Source: a virus
Direction: 5' to 3' (one strand)
Length of the DNA: 64,000 bases
Virus record (IMG/VR): IMGVR_UViG_3300007734_000761
Location: 32,001-96,000 of that record
The position numbers and the translations under genes are program-made. The notes beneath the pieces were generated by a model that saw only the letters and a program-made list of their open reading frames with translations, ran no database searches and was not told the origin of the DNA. Shown here piece by piece: positions 27,881 through 38,563 of the stretch (position 1 is its first letter; each line of letters starts with the position of its first letter).

Positions 27881-28600
27881 TTATTTTTTATATTTCCAGA
27901 GATAGCCACCAGCTTGTTTTTGTTTACCTGCTAAGCATCCTGCTATATCTCCTTTTCCTAACCACTTTTCAGCTTCTTTTCTACTAGGCCAATCTTGAAT
28001 AAAGTTACCTTCTAAATCATACTGAGTGATTGGTTTATTATTTCTTGTTTTTCCTATGCTTTTATTAAGTCTTTTTTGTATATGTTCTTGAGATTGAGGT
28101 CCTTTTGGTTTTCTCATTTTTTGTTTAGTTTCTTCAGTTCTTGGTTGACCCTTAGGATAGCCATTTTTTCCAATCATATTTTTTCTATTTTCTTCAGTTC
28201 TTGGTTGACCTTTAGGATAGCCATTAGTTCCAGTTTTACTAATACTCTGTTTTATAGCCATTGTATTTTTTTCTTCTTCACTTCTTTCATCCCACATTTG
28301 TTTAGCTTGTAAACTTTTATTATGTTTTTGTTCTTCAGTCCAACTTTCCATTCCTCCCCCTCCTTCTTTTCTTGGATTTACAACATCAAAACCCCAACCA
28401 ATAAAACTTTGTATCCACATTGTTTCTATTGGTCTCCATTTTTTTCTATCTAAAGAATCTACTTGGTCAATAATAATATAATCCTCACTACCATAAGTTC
28501 TTTTATGGTCATTTTTTCTTTTGTTAGGATTTTTAGTTTTTCCTATATAAACTTTATTAGAATCTCCATAACAGTTTTCAACTAAATAAATGTAAGTCAT
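27881..28600 (-). mobile_element. GIY-YIG homing endonuclease downstream of polB
   Basis: YIYLVE...VYIGKT...R; duplicated NGYPKGQPRTEE; ITQYDLEGNFI...GGYLWKY. Confidence 0.85.
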
Positions 28601-28614
28601 TCACATATAAATAT

Positions 28615-31194
28615 TTAAAAGTTAAAAAATTTTGAAACATTCTCATTGAGTGAAGGGAACTGATTAGGTCCATAGATATCTTCATAAATGCCTTGAAGTT
28701 TATTTAGTAAGACGTTGTTGAATCCACTATCTGTATCAGCATATTTGTCTAAGAACTCTAATATAAATGGAGGTGAATCATTAGTAAATGCAAGAACTTC
28801 AATACCATATGGGTTTTTCTTTAAGGGGATAAACTTGATTTTGCTTCCCTCAGTAATAAGGGGATATTCTTTGTCTAAACCTTTAAACTTGATTAGATCA
28901 TTTGTGTAAATAGCACTCTTTGTGTTAATAGGACACTTGTTTCCTAATTTACTAAAAATTTGACCTGCTGCTGGAGGAGATGCTATATAGCTTTTTATTT
29001 GTTTTACTCCTGTTGGTTTAGCTAACTTTGAATAGTGAGTTAATTTTACTTCTTTTCTAAAGTCTTGAATCTTCTTATCGATTTCTTTTTTAGGCTTACC
29101 ATACATAATGTCCATTAATAATCCTTTACCAAAAGTAGCATACATTGGAGTCATGTTACTTTTCATAATGTCCATTCCTTTAATGTCTAATTCTTCAGTT
29201 GGAACACCTTCTTTATTTACAATAAATTGAGCATATCTTCTTTTACCAGCAAAATAACCTCGTTCAAGAATAACTTCTTGTTTCAACTCAAAATATTCGT
29301 TGTCACAGTTGAACTGTGTTTTACATAAGTTTTGTAAAAATGGTTTTGTTTTTTCTTGATATTCAGCTGTGATTTCTAATGCTACAGGAACTACTTGTTC
29401 TCTTGATTTAATGTCTACTGTTGGATTTCTGTGAGCAATCAAGTCTTTCATTTCAAAAAATAATGAGTCTGTGTCAGCAGTAACAACATAATCTTTATTA
29501 GTACCTAACTCTTGATTGATTTCTTTATTTACAAACTTAATTGATTCTTGGTCTAATCGTTGACCAGTTAAAGTAATAGCTTTACTAATAAACAAGTTAC
29601 CATCACTGTATCTCCAACCATTTTGAGCATAACAACCATACAAGTCATTAAGTTTAATCTTCATTGCGTGTTGTCTTTTATTGTAAAATTCACCAAGTTC
29701 AGGATCTTTTAATACTTTGTAAGCTTCCTTCATTTTGTTTTTGTAAGCTTTACGTTTGTCGAACCAATCATTTAAAACGTCTGCTACAATACTATTTTTG
29801 TCTGTTCTAAACACAGTACCATTAGCAGCAATAATCATTTTCTTTGATTCAATAAACTCAATAAATACACTAACTATCATTTCTATTTCTTGAACCTTAC
29901 GGTCTGCTGTTACTCTTTCAAGATAAAGTGTTTGGTGTGGTGGAAGTTGTTTTAAGTCTTCTAAACCCCACTGATTATCGTATTTGTCTCTGTTTTTAAT
30001 TCTACAAACTAAAGTTTCAATTCCCATATTTAAGTTACGAATAATTGAAGGATACAAAGAAGTAAAATCTAAGTCACTAACCCACTCATATAAGCCTGGA
30101 ACTGGGTCCTTTAAATAACCACCGGCATATTCTTCATTTGCACCTTTTAATGCGGGATTCATTGTAGTCGGCTTATTCGGTGAAACAATATCTTTACGGC
30201 GCAAATATGTGAGAATAGCGCCCTCATTTAATGCAGTTGAATAATATATGTTCTCGTAAGATGTATGACACAAGTGACAAATATTTTTTGTTAATTCAAT
30301 AAACTGAAGCTTGTTGTCTAGAGCAATTAAAATTTCAACGTCTCGTAAGTTATATTCAATAAATTTATTTACATCTTCTTGAAATAACCTGTCTAATGAT
30401 CCTTCATATTCAATCTTACCTAACTTTACATATTTTTCACCAATAGCAGCAAGTGCATAACTTGGTTCTTGAGACATAATAAACTTCTTATGAAGCAACA
30501 TATAGTCAAGATGATTGATTCCACTGATTTTAATTGTTTCTTCATCACCGTATCCTGTTGGTTTACAACGTTTTAGTGGACTCAATCTATTAGCGTGATC
30601 ATTTCCCAACACATTACACATTCTGTAATACAAGTAAGGAATATCGAAAAACTCACTATTCCATCCACTTATGATTGTTGGATCACATTCTTCCCATTTA
30701 CTTAAGAATCCTTTTAATAAGTCTTTTTCTGTACTATAAGGAATAATTTCTTTACCTTCTTCTTCTACTCTGTTGAGTTGTTTTTTTTCGTCAAGAATTA
30801 AACAGTAGTATTTTTTTAAAGTTGAATCATAAAGAGCAATTGAAGTAATTTTCATTGGTGCTCTCTTAATGTATTCTATTGTCAATGCTCCACCAATTTC
30901 ACACTCAATGTCTAAAAATACTACATTGTGCCATTTTGGTGTGTCATCACTTTCTTTATAAATGTCTACTAAAGCATTAGTTTCTGTTGGAATATCTATT
31001 TCATAAAATTTAGTTGGTTGGGTCTTGTCCATTTCGTGAGTTGGACTTACTCTTTTACCATCTAAAGTAAAAAATTCCCCATTATCATCTAACTTGTAAT
31101 ATGTTGGTTTGTAGTCTATTTCTTGCCATCCTAACTCATCATCTCTAATAATAACCTTTTTTGTATAATAATTATAATCTATAACTTGGTACAT
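28615..31194 (-). CDS. Family B DNA polymerase (T4 gp43-like)
   Basis: DIEC exo I, GWNSEFFD exo II, DFTSLYPS, KIKLNDLYG, ADTDS. Confidence 0.97.
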   Translation of the reverse strand: MYQVIDYNYYTKKVIIRDDELGWQEIDYKPTYYKLDDNGEFFTLDGKRVSPTHEMDKTQPTKFYEIDIPTETNALVDIYKESDDTPKWHNVVFLDIECEIGGALTIEYIKRAPMKITSIALYDSTLKKYYCLILDEKKQLNRVEEEGKEIIPYSTEKDLLKGFLSKWEECDPTIISGWNSEFFDIPYLYYRMCNVLGNDHANRLSPLKRCKPTGYGDEETIKISGINHLDYMLLHKKFIMSQEPSYALAAIGEKYVKLGKIEYEGSLDRLFQEDVNKFIEYNLRDVEILIALDNKLQFIELTKNICHLCHTSYENIYYSTALNEGAILTYLRRKDIVSPNKPTTMNPALKGANEEYAGGYLKDPVPGLYEWVSDLDFTSLYPSIIRNLNMGIETLVCRIKNRDKYDNQWGLEDLKQLPPHQTLYLERVTADRKVQEIEMIVSVFIEFIESKKMIIAANGTVFRTDKNSIVADVLNDWFDKRKAYKNKMKEAYKVLKDPELGEFYNKRQHAMKIKLNDLYGCYAQNGWRYSDGNLFISKAITLTGQRLDQESIKFVNKEINQELGTNKDYVVTADTDSLFFEMKDLIAHRNPTVDIKSREQVVPVALEITAEYQEKTKPFLQNLCKTQFNCDNEYFELKQEVILERGYFAGKRRYAQFIVNKEGVPTEELDIKGMDIMKSNMTPMYATFGKGLLMDIMYGKPKKEIDKKIQDFRKEVKLTHYSKLAKPTGVKQIKSYIASPPAAGQIFSKLGNKCPINTKSAIYTNDLIKFKGLDKEYPLITEGSKIKFIPLKKNPYGIEVLAFTNDSPPFILEFLDKYADTDSGFNNVLLNKLQGIYEDIYGPNQFPSLNENVSKFFNF

Positions 31195-31200
31195 ATTAAT

Positions 31201-31232
31201 AATATAAAAAAAGGCTTGGTAAATACCAAGCC
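31201..31232 (-). promoter_or_regulatory. Terminator hairpin plus TTGG-N19-TATATT promoter for polB
   Basis: GGCTTGGTA-TT-TACCAAGCC, T7, ATATT. Confidence 0.75.
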
Positions 31233-31256
31233 CTTTTACTTTTATATTTTTTAAAA

Positions 31257-31871
31257 TTAACCTTTAAATACCATTAAATATTTTGAACCACTTGCTGAAC
31301 CTGCACCACTTCCAGATAACCATAAAGAGCCTGTTACTAAAGGTTCTGTGGTAGGTAATCCTACTAACCTAATTGGAGATCCTGTTACAAAAAGTGAACC
31401 AGAAATAATAACAGTTTGAACTAAAGGACTAACAGATGAAGCTGTTTGAGCTGTTGCTACATAAGAAGCTGTATTTGCTGTTACTACATAAGAAGCAGTA
31501 CTAGCATTAGTAGCCCAAGAAGCAGTGCCAAATAAAGATCCAGTAACATTTCCTGTAATAGTACCTGCTCCAATTGTTAATCCACCATTTAATGTAACGG
31601 TTCCTGCTGCAGTTAAATTAGTTACGTTTAATGTACTAACAGTAGCTGTACCAATGTTAGAACTTGAAATACTTGCTGACCAAAATGATTGTGAAGTTCC
31701 AGACATATACACGTTACTTGATCCTGTGTATGCTGCTTCTTTAATTACATTAATAACACTGTCAATTGAGGCAGTTAAGTTACCAAAGTTAGTGTCCATT
31801 TGGGTATAGGTTAACGCTGAACCAGTAGATAACCTAGACGTGATTGTTGGGTTCGATGGAAAAGTAGGCAT
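31257..31871 (-). CDS. Fibre-like virion protein
   Basis: S/T/G-rich; GTASWA, TASYV repeats; N-terminus similar to 31927..33105. Confidence 0.55.
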   Translation of the reverse strand: MPTFPSNPTITSRLSTGSALTYTQMDTNFGNLTASIDSVINVIKEAAYTGSSNVYMSGTSQSFWSASISSSNIGTATVSTLNVTNLTAAGTVTLNGGLTIGAGTITGNVTGSLFGTASWATNASTASYVVTANTASYVATAQTASSVSPLVQTVIISGSLFVTGSPIRLVGLPTTEPLVTGSLWLSGSGAGSASGSKYLMVFKG

Positions 31872-31926
31872 TTTATTAAATTTTTATCAGTAATAAATAT
31901 GTAATATTTTTTAAAAAATGAAAGAA

Positions 31927-33105
31927 TTATTTAATTTGGGTTACTGTGGCAATAATAGAAGGTACTCCAACGTTTCCATTTCCTCCTGATCCTGGGGTTG
32001 GTGCTTCAGTTAATGCCTGTACGTTGCCTCCATTAGCATACATAAACAATTCTAAATAATCTCCAGCTGTTAAATTAACTACAAAATTCCAAGCAGCAAC
32101 GTGTTTATCGTTAGCATTTTGTAAATATACACCAGTGTTGGTATAAGTTTGATTTACTCCATTCTTAGCTATCCATAAATAAGCTGTACGTGATCCTCCA
32201 CCTGAAGCTGCTACTTGAACCGAGAATTGAAAATTATACGTTCCTGTTCTAGTTACAGTCATCCTAGAATTGTTAGGTGCAATACCTAAAGTAACTCCAT
32301 CTGTAATATCAGTGGTATTAAAAGTTAATGATCCAGAAGTATTTTGAGCAATTGTTTGAGTAGTTCTATCAGAAAATGCCCCAACAGACAAATTTGAAAC
32401 TCCGTTGCTTGCATAAGAAGCTGTTATAGCATAACTAGCTGATGTGGCATATGATGCAGTTCCATTTAAACTACCAGATAATGATCCTGTAATTGATGTA
32501 AATACTCCTTTTGAAGCAGATAATGTCAAACTAATTCCATGTAATATATTTGTTGATGGGTTGTAGTAAGGACCATTAGAATCATCTGCTGCTAATTGAT
32601 AATAATTATTTAAAGCACCACTTGAATTTTTAAATACTAAATTATAATCGGTATTTGTAGAACTATTTTGAGCTACATAAATGTAACTAGCAGAAGTTGA
32701 AGCAGAAGCATAACTAGCTGAAATTGAACTAGTAGTAACATAAATAGAAGATGTAATAGCATTAGCTGCCCAAGAAGCTGTTCCTAAAAATCCAACTCCA
32801 GGATAACTTGATATTACTTGGCCACTAAAATTAGCCATACTACCTGTTAAACTTCCAGAAATTCCTACATTAGACGTAAATGTTTGTGGTTGAGTGAAAG
32901 TATTAGTTGAACCTGTGTAAGCAGCTCCTTTAATTACTTCTATAGTTTGATAACTGGCTGAGTTTAAACCATACCAGTTGTAGTCCATATTGCTGAAGGT
33001 TAATTGTCCATCAGAACCACTACCGGGTGCGTTAAAGCCATTATACCAAGGACTTATTTCTTGTCTAAAAAGTAAACTTGCTGTATTTGGGAAAGAAACT
33101 GACAT
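31927..33105 (-). CDS. Fibre-like virion protein with C1q/BclA-like C-terminal domain
   Basis: ASYA repeats; TGTYNFQFSVQ...NLTAGDYLEL. Confidence 0.6.
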   Translation of the reverse strand: MSVSFPNTASLLFRQEISPWYNGFNAPGSGSDGQLTFSNMDYNWYGLNSASYQTIEVIKGAAYTGSTNTFTQPQTFTSNVGISGSLTGSMANFSGQVISSYPGVGFLGTASWAANAITSSIYVTTSSISASYASASTSASYIYVAQNSSTNTDYNLVFKNSSGALNNYYQLAADDSNGPYYNPSTNILHGISLTLSASKGVFTSITGSLSGSLNGTASYATSASYAITASYASNGVSNLSVGAFSDRTTQTIAQNTSGSLTFNTTDITDGVTLGIAPNNSRMTVTRTGTYNFQFSVQVAASGGGSRTAYLWIAKNGVNQTYTNTGVYLQNANDKHVAAWNFVVNLTAGDYLELFMYANGGNVQALTEAPTPGSGGNGNVGVPSIIATVTQIK

Positions 33106-33120
33106 AATATAGTATAAATA

Positions 33121-34167
33121 TTACACTATTAGTAGTTTCTCTACTTCTTTTATAGCTTGTTGTTTTGTTGTTTTAATTATTGTTTCTTCAATAATACCTG
33201 TGGCAATACAAAACTCATAAAATTCATCTACTTGTTCTTCATTAATATTAATATTATTAATTTTTATTAAAGATAATATTTGATTTTTATGAGGTATTGT
33301 GCTTCCTTTTTTACGATTATTATAAACAAAATTTAATAGCTTATATCTAGTTTCTATTGAAGGCTTATCATGTAAAAGATACTTCATTTCCATGTAACTA
33401 CCTATAATAAAATATCCGTGAAAACCAACACCAATTAAAATAATAAATTCTAAGAAAAATGTCATAAACACAAAAGCCATATCATTTTCTTTATTTTTAC
33501 TTAACTGAGTGTCTTGTTTAGCTCCTAATTTAATTTGGAGTGAGCTATCAACTAATTTTATTTTTTGGTCTCTTTCGTTTTCTAATTGTTTAATTTGTAA
33601 TTCATATTTACTAATAAGTTTTCTCTGTGCTCTATTATAAGTACCATTAGTGTCTGATTTTGTTAAAACCTTATCTAACTGTGATTGGTAAACCACTATT
33701 TTTTTATTGTATGGTTGAGCGATTGAGTCTAATGTTAATGACTGTTTAGTTTCAGTAGTAGATGTGATTGATTCTGTATTATCTATCAATCGATGAGCTC
33801 CATTTAAACTTAAATAAAAACTACCTGCTATTAAACCTATACAAACTAAAGCACCTAAAAATGTATTTACGGTTGGTTTTTTAGCTTTTAATACAGCAAT
33901 TACTAACTGTTCTAAAGCATATCGTTTAAACAATTCATATCCTGTTAAAAATAAAGCAACAAAAATTCCAAAGAATAAAGTTTGATTTGAAAACAATGGA
34001 GGAATTGAATCTGTTACATTCTTGATAAAGAAAAATCCAAATAAAATAAGAAAAATATTGCCTAAGAAGCTAAAATAATACAATACCTCTTTTAAGGTAT
34101 TAAAACTACTTTGAAAGGGTTGAATTTCTAGTTGATTTTTAAGTTTAAAGTATTTACTTAACTTCAT
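33121..34167 (-). CDS. Multi-pass membrane protein with coiled coil
   Basis: Three N-terminal TMs, coiled-coil loop, fourth TM. Confidence 0.6.
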   Translation of the reverse strand: MKLSKYFKLKNQLEIQPFQSSFNTLKEVLYYFSFLGNIFLILFGFFFIKNVTDSIPPLFSNQTLFFGIFVALFLTGYELFKRYALEQLVIAVLKAKKPTVNTFLGALVCIGLIAGSFYLSLNGAHRLIDNTESITSTTETKQSLTLDSIAQPYNKKIVVYQSQLDKVLTKSDTNGTYNRAQRKLISKYELQIKQLENERDQKIKLVDSSLQIKLGAKQDTQLSKNKENDMAFVFMTFFLEFIILIGVGFHGYFIIGSYMEMKYLLHDKPSIETRYKLLNFVYNNRKKGSTIPHKNQILSLIKINNININEEQVDEFYEFCIATGIIEETIIKTTKQQAIKEVEKLLIV

Positions 34168-34340
34168 TTAAATTTGAATTTTTTATTTAGGTTCTTTTTT
34201 CTACGTGTGCACCCACAATCACGTTTTAAAATCTTAGTAAAAAACCAGTTTGTTAGAAGGTCTAGTTTAGTGTAAAAAGTAATCATAGCAATAAAATCAC
34301 CTAAACCTTCTAACTTTTGACCTGGTTTGTACCGTTCCAT
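34164..34340 (-). CDS. 58-aa basic protein with GLGD...DCGC motif (missing from the ORF track)
   Basis: MERYKPGQKLEGLGDFIAMIT...KRDCGCTRRKKNLN; ATATTTAT at 34347-34354; ATGA overlap with the next gene. Confidence 0.65.
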   Translation of the reverse strand: MERYKPGQKLEGLGDFIAMITFYTKLDLLTNWFFTKILKRDCGCTRRKKNLNKKFKFK

Positions 34341-34353
34341 TTTGTGATAAATA

Positions 34354-34848
34354 TCAATAATTTGTCACTCCTTGGAACTGACCGTTGTACAGCTCATCTG
34401 GGATTGGGTTTTTGATCATATAAAATTGACCAACTCGAGCGTTTTGTTCGATAAGAATCATGTCTGAATCTACGAACATGGTAGTTCCCATTACATCGGT
34501 TTCGAATCCTGGGTCCCAGATGGGGCTATTGATTTTGGCTCCACCTCGATAAATCGAGGAACGAGATGTAATAAATCCAGTAGCATTTTCTGGAATTTTT
34601 ACTCCCTCGTTAAAAGTAAGGGCATAAACACCTTTGGGGAGGCGATAAAAATCCTTACCATCAATTTTAGTTGTTTTTACTTCTTCAAAGTTATTAGGGT
34701 CTACAACAGTTTTGTCTTTGTAAACTACAACTCCTCCAAAGATTCGCTCAACTTTAGCGACTGACAAATCTACACCTACCTGATTAATTTTGTGATAATC
34801 AGTTGTCAGTTTTAGGTGTGGTTCTATTTGTTTTCCTGTAAGCAACAT
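34354..34848 (-). CDS. Trimeric dUTPase / dCTP deaminase family protein
   Basis: GVDL, SRSS, WDPGF, RVGQ, YNGQFQ; likely start MLLTG at 34848. Confidence 0.85.
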   Translation of the reverse strand: MLLTGKQIEPHLKLTTDYHKINQVGVDLSVAKVERIFGGVVVYKDKTVVDPNNFEEVKTTKIDGKDFYRLPKGVYALTFNEGVKIPENATGFITSRSSIYRGGAKINSPIWDPGFETDVMGTTMFVDSDMILIEQNARVGQFYMIKNPIPDELYNGQFQGVTNY

Positions 34849-34852
34849 ATTC

Positions 34853-35545
34853 TTAGATTTGGTGTCCTCCGTTATTGATTTTAATTGAATCGAAGAACTC
34901 TTTACGTGCTTGATTAGCATTATCCATAAACACTCCACTTGCTTTAGTAGTAACCATAGAAGCACCTTGGTGTTTAACACCTCTACATGATACACAGTTG
35001 TGGCTCGCAACAATTGTTACAATAACACCACGATTACCTTCACAAATTTTGTCTACTGCTTGGTGAATTGCTGCAGTAAGTTGTTCTTGAATAGCACCTC
35101 TACGTCCGAAATGTTCTACAATGCGGTTCAATTTACTCAAACCAATAACACTTCCACCTTCACCTACTACATAACCAATATGAACTACACCTCCAATTGT
35201 TTGGTGGTGATGTGAACACATTGAAGTAAGAGGAATGTTACGTTCAATAACAATACCATCATAACCATCACTAGGAAAAGCTGTAATATCTGTCATGCTA
35301 TCGTAACGTCCTTTCCACAAGTCAAACACGTAAGCTTTAGCTACACGACGAGGTGTGTCTTGTGAGTTTGGATCATTACGCCAATCACATTTTAAAGCAT
35401 CAAGAAATTTACCATATGCTTCTGCTGCTTCATCTACCATTGACCATTTTTCTTTTTCGGTAAATGGATAACCTGGGGCAACTCCATTGGCATAACCCAT
35501 TTTTACAACTTCTAAATTTAATCGTAAACCTTCTTTATTTATCAT
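34853..35545 (-). CDS. folE: GTP cyclohydrolase I
   Basis: TPRRVAK, SMCSHH, IGLSKLNR, HNCVSCRG. Confidence 0.95.
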   Translation of the reverse strand: MINKEGLRLNLEVVKMGYANGVAPGYPFTEKEKWSMVDEAAEAYGKFLDALKCDWRNDPNSQDTPRRVAKAYVFDLWKGRYDSMTDITAFPSDGYDGIVIERNIPLTSMCSHHHQTIGGVVHIGYVVGEGGSVIGLSKLNRIVEHFGRRGAIQEQLTAAIHQAVDKICEGNRGVIVTIVASHNCVSCRGVKHQGASMVTTKASGVFMDNANQARKEFFDSIKINNGGHQI

Positions 35546-35720
35546 TGTCTTTATTTTTTTCTTCTAATTTTATAAATTGTTTAGCGGTTGCAGAAGCAAC
35601 TACTGCTATCTGTAACCAAACTGCTTTTATTTCATCTTGTAACTTATTAATAGTATAATGAAGATAAGCTATTGAACCAAGTAAAATAATTCCTATTAAT
35701 ACTAAAATTTCTTCTGTCAT
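35535..35720 (-). CDS. Small membrane protein
   Basis: N-terminal TM segment. Confidence 0.45.
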   Translation of the reverse strand: MTEEILVLIGIILLGSIAYLHYTINKLQDEIKAVWLQIAVVASATAKQFIKLEEKNKDNDK

Positions 35721-36118
35721 AATTTTGATTCTGGGGTTTTAAACATTCTTTTTACTTGTTCTGAAATTGGAATAGGCATACCTTCCTCATCTACTCTTAC
35801 AAATGTCATATTGGTTGCAAGTAATACACTTTCATCTCCTCTAAATACGTTATATGCTCTTGCTTCAACATTAAATGTTGCTGATGTATTTCCTATTTTT
35901 ATCATTTTAGCATAAATTTTTACTAATTGTTTTTCTTTAGCAGGTTTTTTAAATACACATTGATCAAGAGCAATTGTAATCATATTTTGTGATCTGCAAT
36001 TTTCCATTGCGTAAGCGGCTAAAGCGGCATCTACCCAGCTAAGCAATTTGCCGCCGAATAGATTGCCGTGAAAGCCTAAATCTGATTTTTTAACTGGGTG
36101 TGTTACAAGTAAGTCCAT
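35717..36118 (-). CDS. Hotdog-fold acyl-CoA thioesterase
   Basis: HGNLFGGKLLSWVD...IGNTS...TFVRVD. Confidence 0.88.
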   Translation of the reverse strand: MDLLVTHPVKKSDLGFHGNLFGGKLLSWVDAALAAYAMENCRSQNMITIALDQCVFKKPAKEKQLVKIYAKMIKIGNTSATFNVEARAYNVFRGDESVLLATNMTFVRVDEEGMPIPISEQVKRMFKTPESKL

Positions 36119-36909
36119 CAGACAGCACGCTTTTGATCATAGGCAATGATGTGATCACGACCTGTCCAATTATATCCTTCTCTCATACACATTTCAATTG
36201 AAATAGGATACATTTCAATTAATGTTTCTCTTGTATCACCAGCAGGCATAACCCAAGTTTTTGACTTTGGAATTTCTAACGCTAATCTGAATTTTTCAAT
36301 TTCTTTCAAATTTTCTTCAGTACCATCCCAAACTGGTTTAAAATGGTAATCACTATGATAGTCAATCATTTGTTTAATTGCTACGTAATCTAACCTGTGT
36401 TTATTGTGTTGATCAATCATTTTTTGATCTACTAATTTTCCCATAGGCGTTTCAACTCCAATTTTAGGAACACTATTACTAAATTTAGGACTTAAACTAA
36501 TCAAACCAATAGGATAATCAGTTGCTACAAAGTGACTACCTTCAGTTTCAATAGTAATAAAAATACCTCTTTCATTAGCAAAATGTGTAAGTTCGTTACA
36601 CAAATCAGGTTGCATAGTAGGTGAACCACCAGTCAACATCATTTCTTTAATGTGTGGATTTTCATCATACATTTTAATAATGTCATTGAAACAATAAATA
36701 CCTTTTTCAGGGTGAATACTTGTGTACCAAGAATCACACCATCCACCTTCACCAAACCAACATCTGTGAGTGCAGCCTGTTGTGCGAATAGCAATTGTTG
36801 GTCTTCCTTGTCTACTACCCTCGCTTTGAACGCAAGGATAAATTTCTAACAAAGGTAATTTTTTACTATAATCAGTAATACGTCCTGGTTTTTTAAAATC
36901 TGTTGCCAT
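36118..36909 (-). CDS. queE: 7-carboxy-7-deazaguanine synthase (radical SAM)
   Basis: QSEG, IRTTGC...C...WCDS, LTGG, TIET, SLSPK. Confidence 0.9.
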   Translation of the reverse strand: MATDFKKPGRITDYSKKLPLLEIYPCVQSEGSRQGRPTIAIRTTGCTHRCWFGEGGWCDSWYTSIHPEKGIYCFNDIIKMYDENPHIKEMMLTGGSPTMQPDLCNELTHFANERGIFITIETEGSHFVATDYPIGLISLSPKFSNSVPKIGVETPMGKLVDQKMIDQHNKHRLDYVAIKQMIDYHSDYHFKPVWDGTEENLKEIEKFRLALEIPKSKTWVMPAGDTRETLIEMYPISIEMCMREGYNWTGRDHIIAYDQKRAV

Positions 36910-37421
36910 TAAAATTCGTAATTTGAGTTTGATTTGTATTCAAGTGATTGGTAATCTTTTTCTTCAAAGCTAGCTGAGTTACGTTCGTGTTCGTAAACTT
37001 CTACTTTACTTGCTTTTACTCGACCACCTGTTTCTTCTCTTAAGAATCTATTGATTTTGTAATACAAGAATTCAGCAAATCGTTCACAACCTACAGCAGG
37101 AACAATACGCAATTGAATTACTCCATCTTCATCCATTTTTTTAAATGTTTCCATGTATGGATCATCCATAGCTACAATTGTTGTGTGATCTAGCAACCAA
37201 GCAAAGTAATCTTTAGGCATTAATCCATCAATAGTATGAGTTGCTCGTTTCATTCCACCAAAATCCCAAACCCAGTTTCTATGATCTAATTCACCTTCAA
37301 ACCATACTCTAAAACTAACTGCATATCCATGCAAGAACCTACAATGAGTTCCTTCTGCTTTCCATTGACGGAAACAAGCTGAGTATCCATCAAATAATTT
37401 CGTTGATTTAAATATTTTCAT
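36909..37421 (-). CDS. queD: 6-carboxytetrahydropterin synthase
   Basis: CRFLHGY, WVWDFG, LDHT, VYEH. Confidence 0.9.
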   Translation of the reverse strand: MKIFKSTKLFDGYSACFRQWKAEGTHCRFLHGYAVSFRVWFEGELDHRNWVWDFGGMKRATHTIDGLMPKDYFAWLLDHTTIVAMDDPYMETFKKMDEDGVIQLRIVPAVGCERFAEFLYYKINRFLREETGGRVKASKVEVYEHERNSASFEEKDYQSLEYKSNSNYEF

Positions 37422-37445
37422 GTTAATAATATAATAAAAATTTTA

Positions 37446-38063
37446 TTAAAGCCCAAAAGCTTCAATTGTGTATTTAAATGGATTACCTTCAATATTTTTT
37501 ACTAAGTCTAACATTTGTTGTGCTAATTCTCTTACTTCAACTTGAGCATGTTCGCTGTTTCTTAATTGTTGAAAGTGCGCGAAACTACGCCAGTTAAACA
37601 TTACATCCATAGTAATTTGACTATTGAATGTTTTGAAAAAACGGGCAGATTCTTTCGCGCGCTTCCTACCTAATATAGGTGTAAGTTCTTCTAACGCTTG
37701 ATGGTAATATTGATTTGCTTGTTCTGTAAATGATATTAGCTTGTCAATCCAATCTTGTGGCCAGTCTTGTGGAATAAAAGTTTTATCTTCTTTTAGTTCT
37801 TTATATCGAGCACTTTCACCATTAATTGATACTCCAATTCTGTGTTTTAACAAATGAATGTGAGTTGCTTGATCTACATTTACTAAAAAATGTAAGCTAC
37901 TTTTTTCAAAGGGGGTGTGATGTCCTTCTGTTGCTAACATTGTTAATAACTTAGGAATACGGTCAATTTTTTCTTGTGATAAGTTTCGTGATGTTGAAGT
38001 CCACGCACTGCTAGCGTGGACTGAGTCATCACCATAATATCCTAATAATTCTACTTGGTTCAT
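37446..38063 (-). CDS. thyX: Flavin-dependent thymidylate synthase
   Basis: HHTPFE, KHR...SARY, NWRS, AQVEVR. Confidence 0.92.
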   Translation of the reverse strand: MNQVELLGYYGDDSVHASSAWTSTSRNLSQEKIDRIPKLLTMLATEGHHTPFEKSSLHFLVNVDQATHIHLLKHRIGVSINGESARYKELKEDKTFIPQDWPQDWIDKLISFTEQANQYYHQALEELTPILGRKRAKESARFFKTFNSQITMDVMFNWRSFAHFQQLRNSEHAQVEVRELAQQMLDLVKNIEGNPFKYTIEAFGL

Positions 38064-38563
38064 TTGTAATAAATTGCTTTTTGATGTCTATTTCCTCCAT
38101 TTTCGTCATCCATACCGTAGCCTATGTACCAATAATCTTCATTAGAAACAGTCATGACACACATTTCGTCTTTGTATTTTTCGTTGTATTTTTTTAAAGC
38201 AAAAATACCTTCTACTGATTTTGCACCTTTATATTCATAATGAACTTTTAAGTACTCATAAGTAATACCTGTATCTAAAATATCATCAATTAAATACACA
38301 TGACGATCTTTTACGTCTACTCTACTGTCTAACAACATTTTAAAGCCTGTGTTTTCTGTGCCTGTATAAGATTTACAGTTTACAAAATCACAAATTATAT
38401 TCATGTTTTGAAGTTCTTCAAGTAAATCAGTATAAAACATAAATCCACCTCTCATTACTCCAATCATTATTAGAGGCTCTTGAGTAGAGTGACGAGTCAT
38501 AAGCTTTTCAGCTATCTTCATCACTCCCGCTCGTATTTGGTAAGGGGTAAGTAAAGTTTTCAT
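38060..38563 (-). CDS. Purine phosphoribosyltransferase (HPRT-like)
   Basis: GVMRGG, LIDDILDTGIT PRPP motif, IGYGMD. Confidence 0.88.
   Translation of the reverse strand: MKTLLTPYQIRAGVMKIAEKLMTRHSTQEPLIMIGVMRGGFMFYTDLLEELQNMNIICDFVNCKSYTGTENTGFKMLLDSRVDVKDRHVYLIDDILDTGITYEYLKVHYEYKGAKSVEGIFALKKYNEKYKDEMCVMTVSNEDYWYIGYGMDDENGGNRHQKAIYYK

Noticed and set aside
31257-33105. Diversity-generating retroelement acting on the fibre genes
   Set aside because: No reverse transcriptase or template/variable repeat pair seen; the repeats are low-complexity protein repeats.
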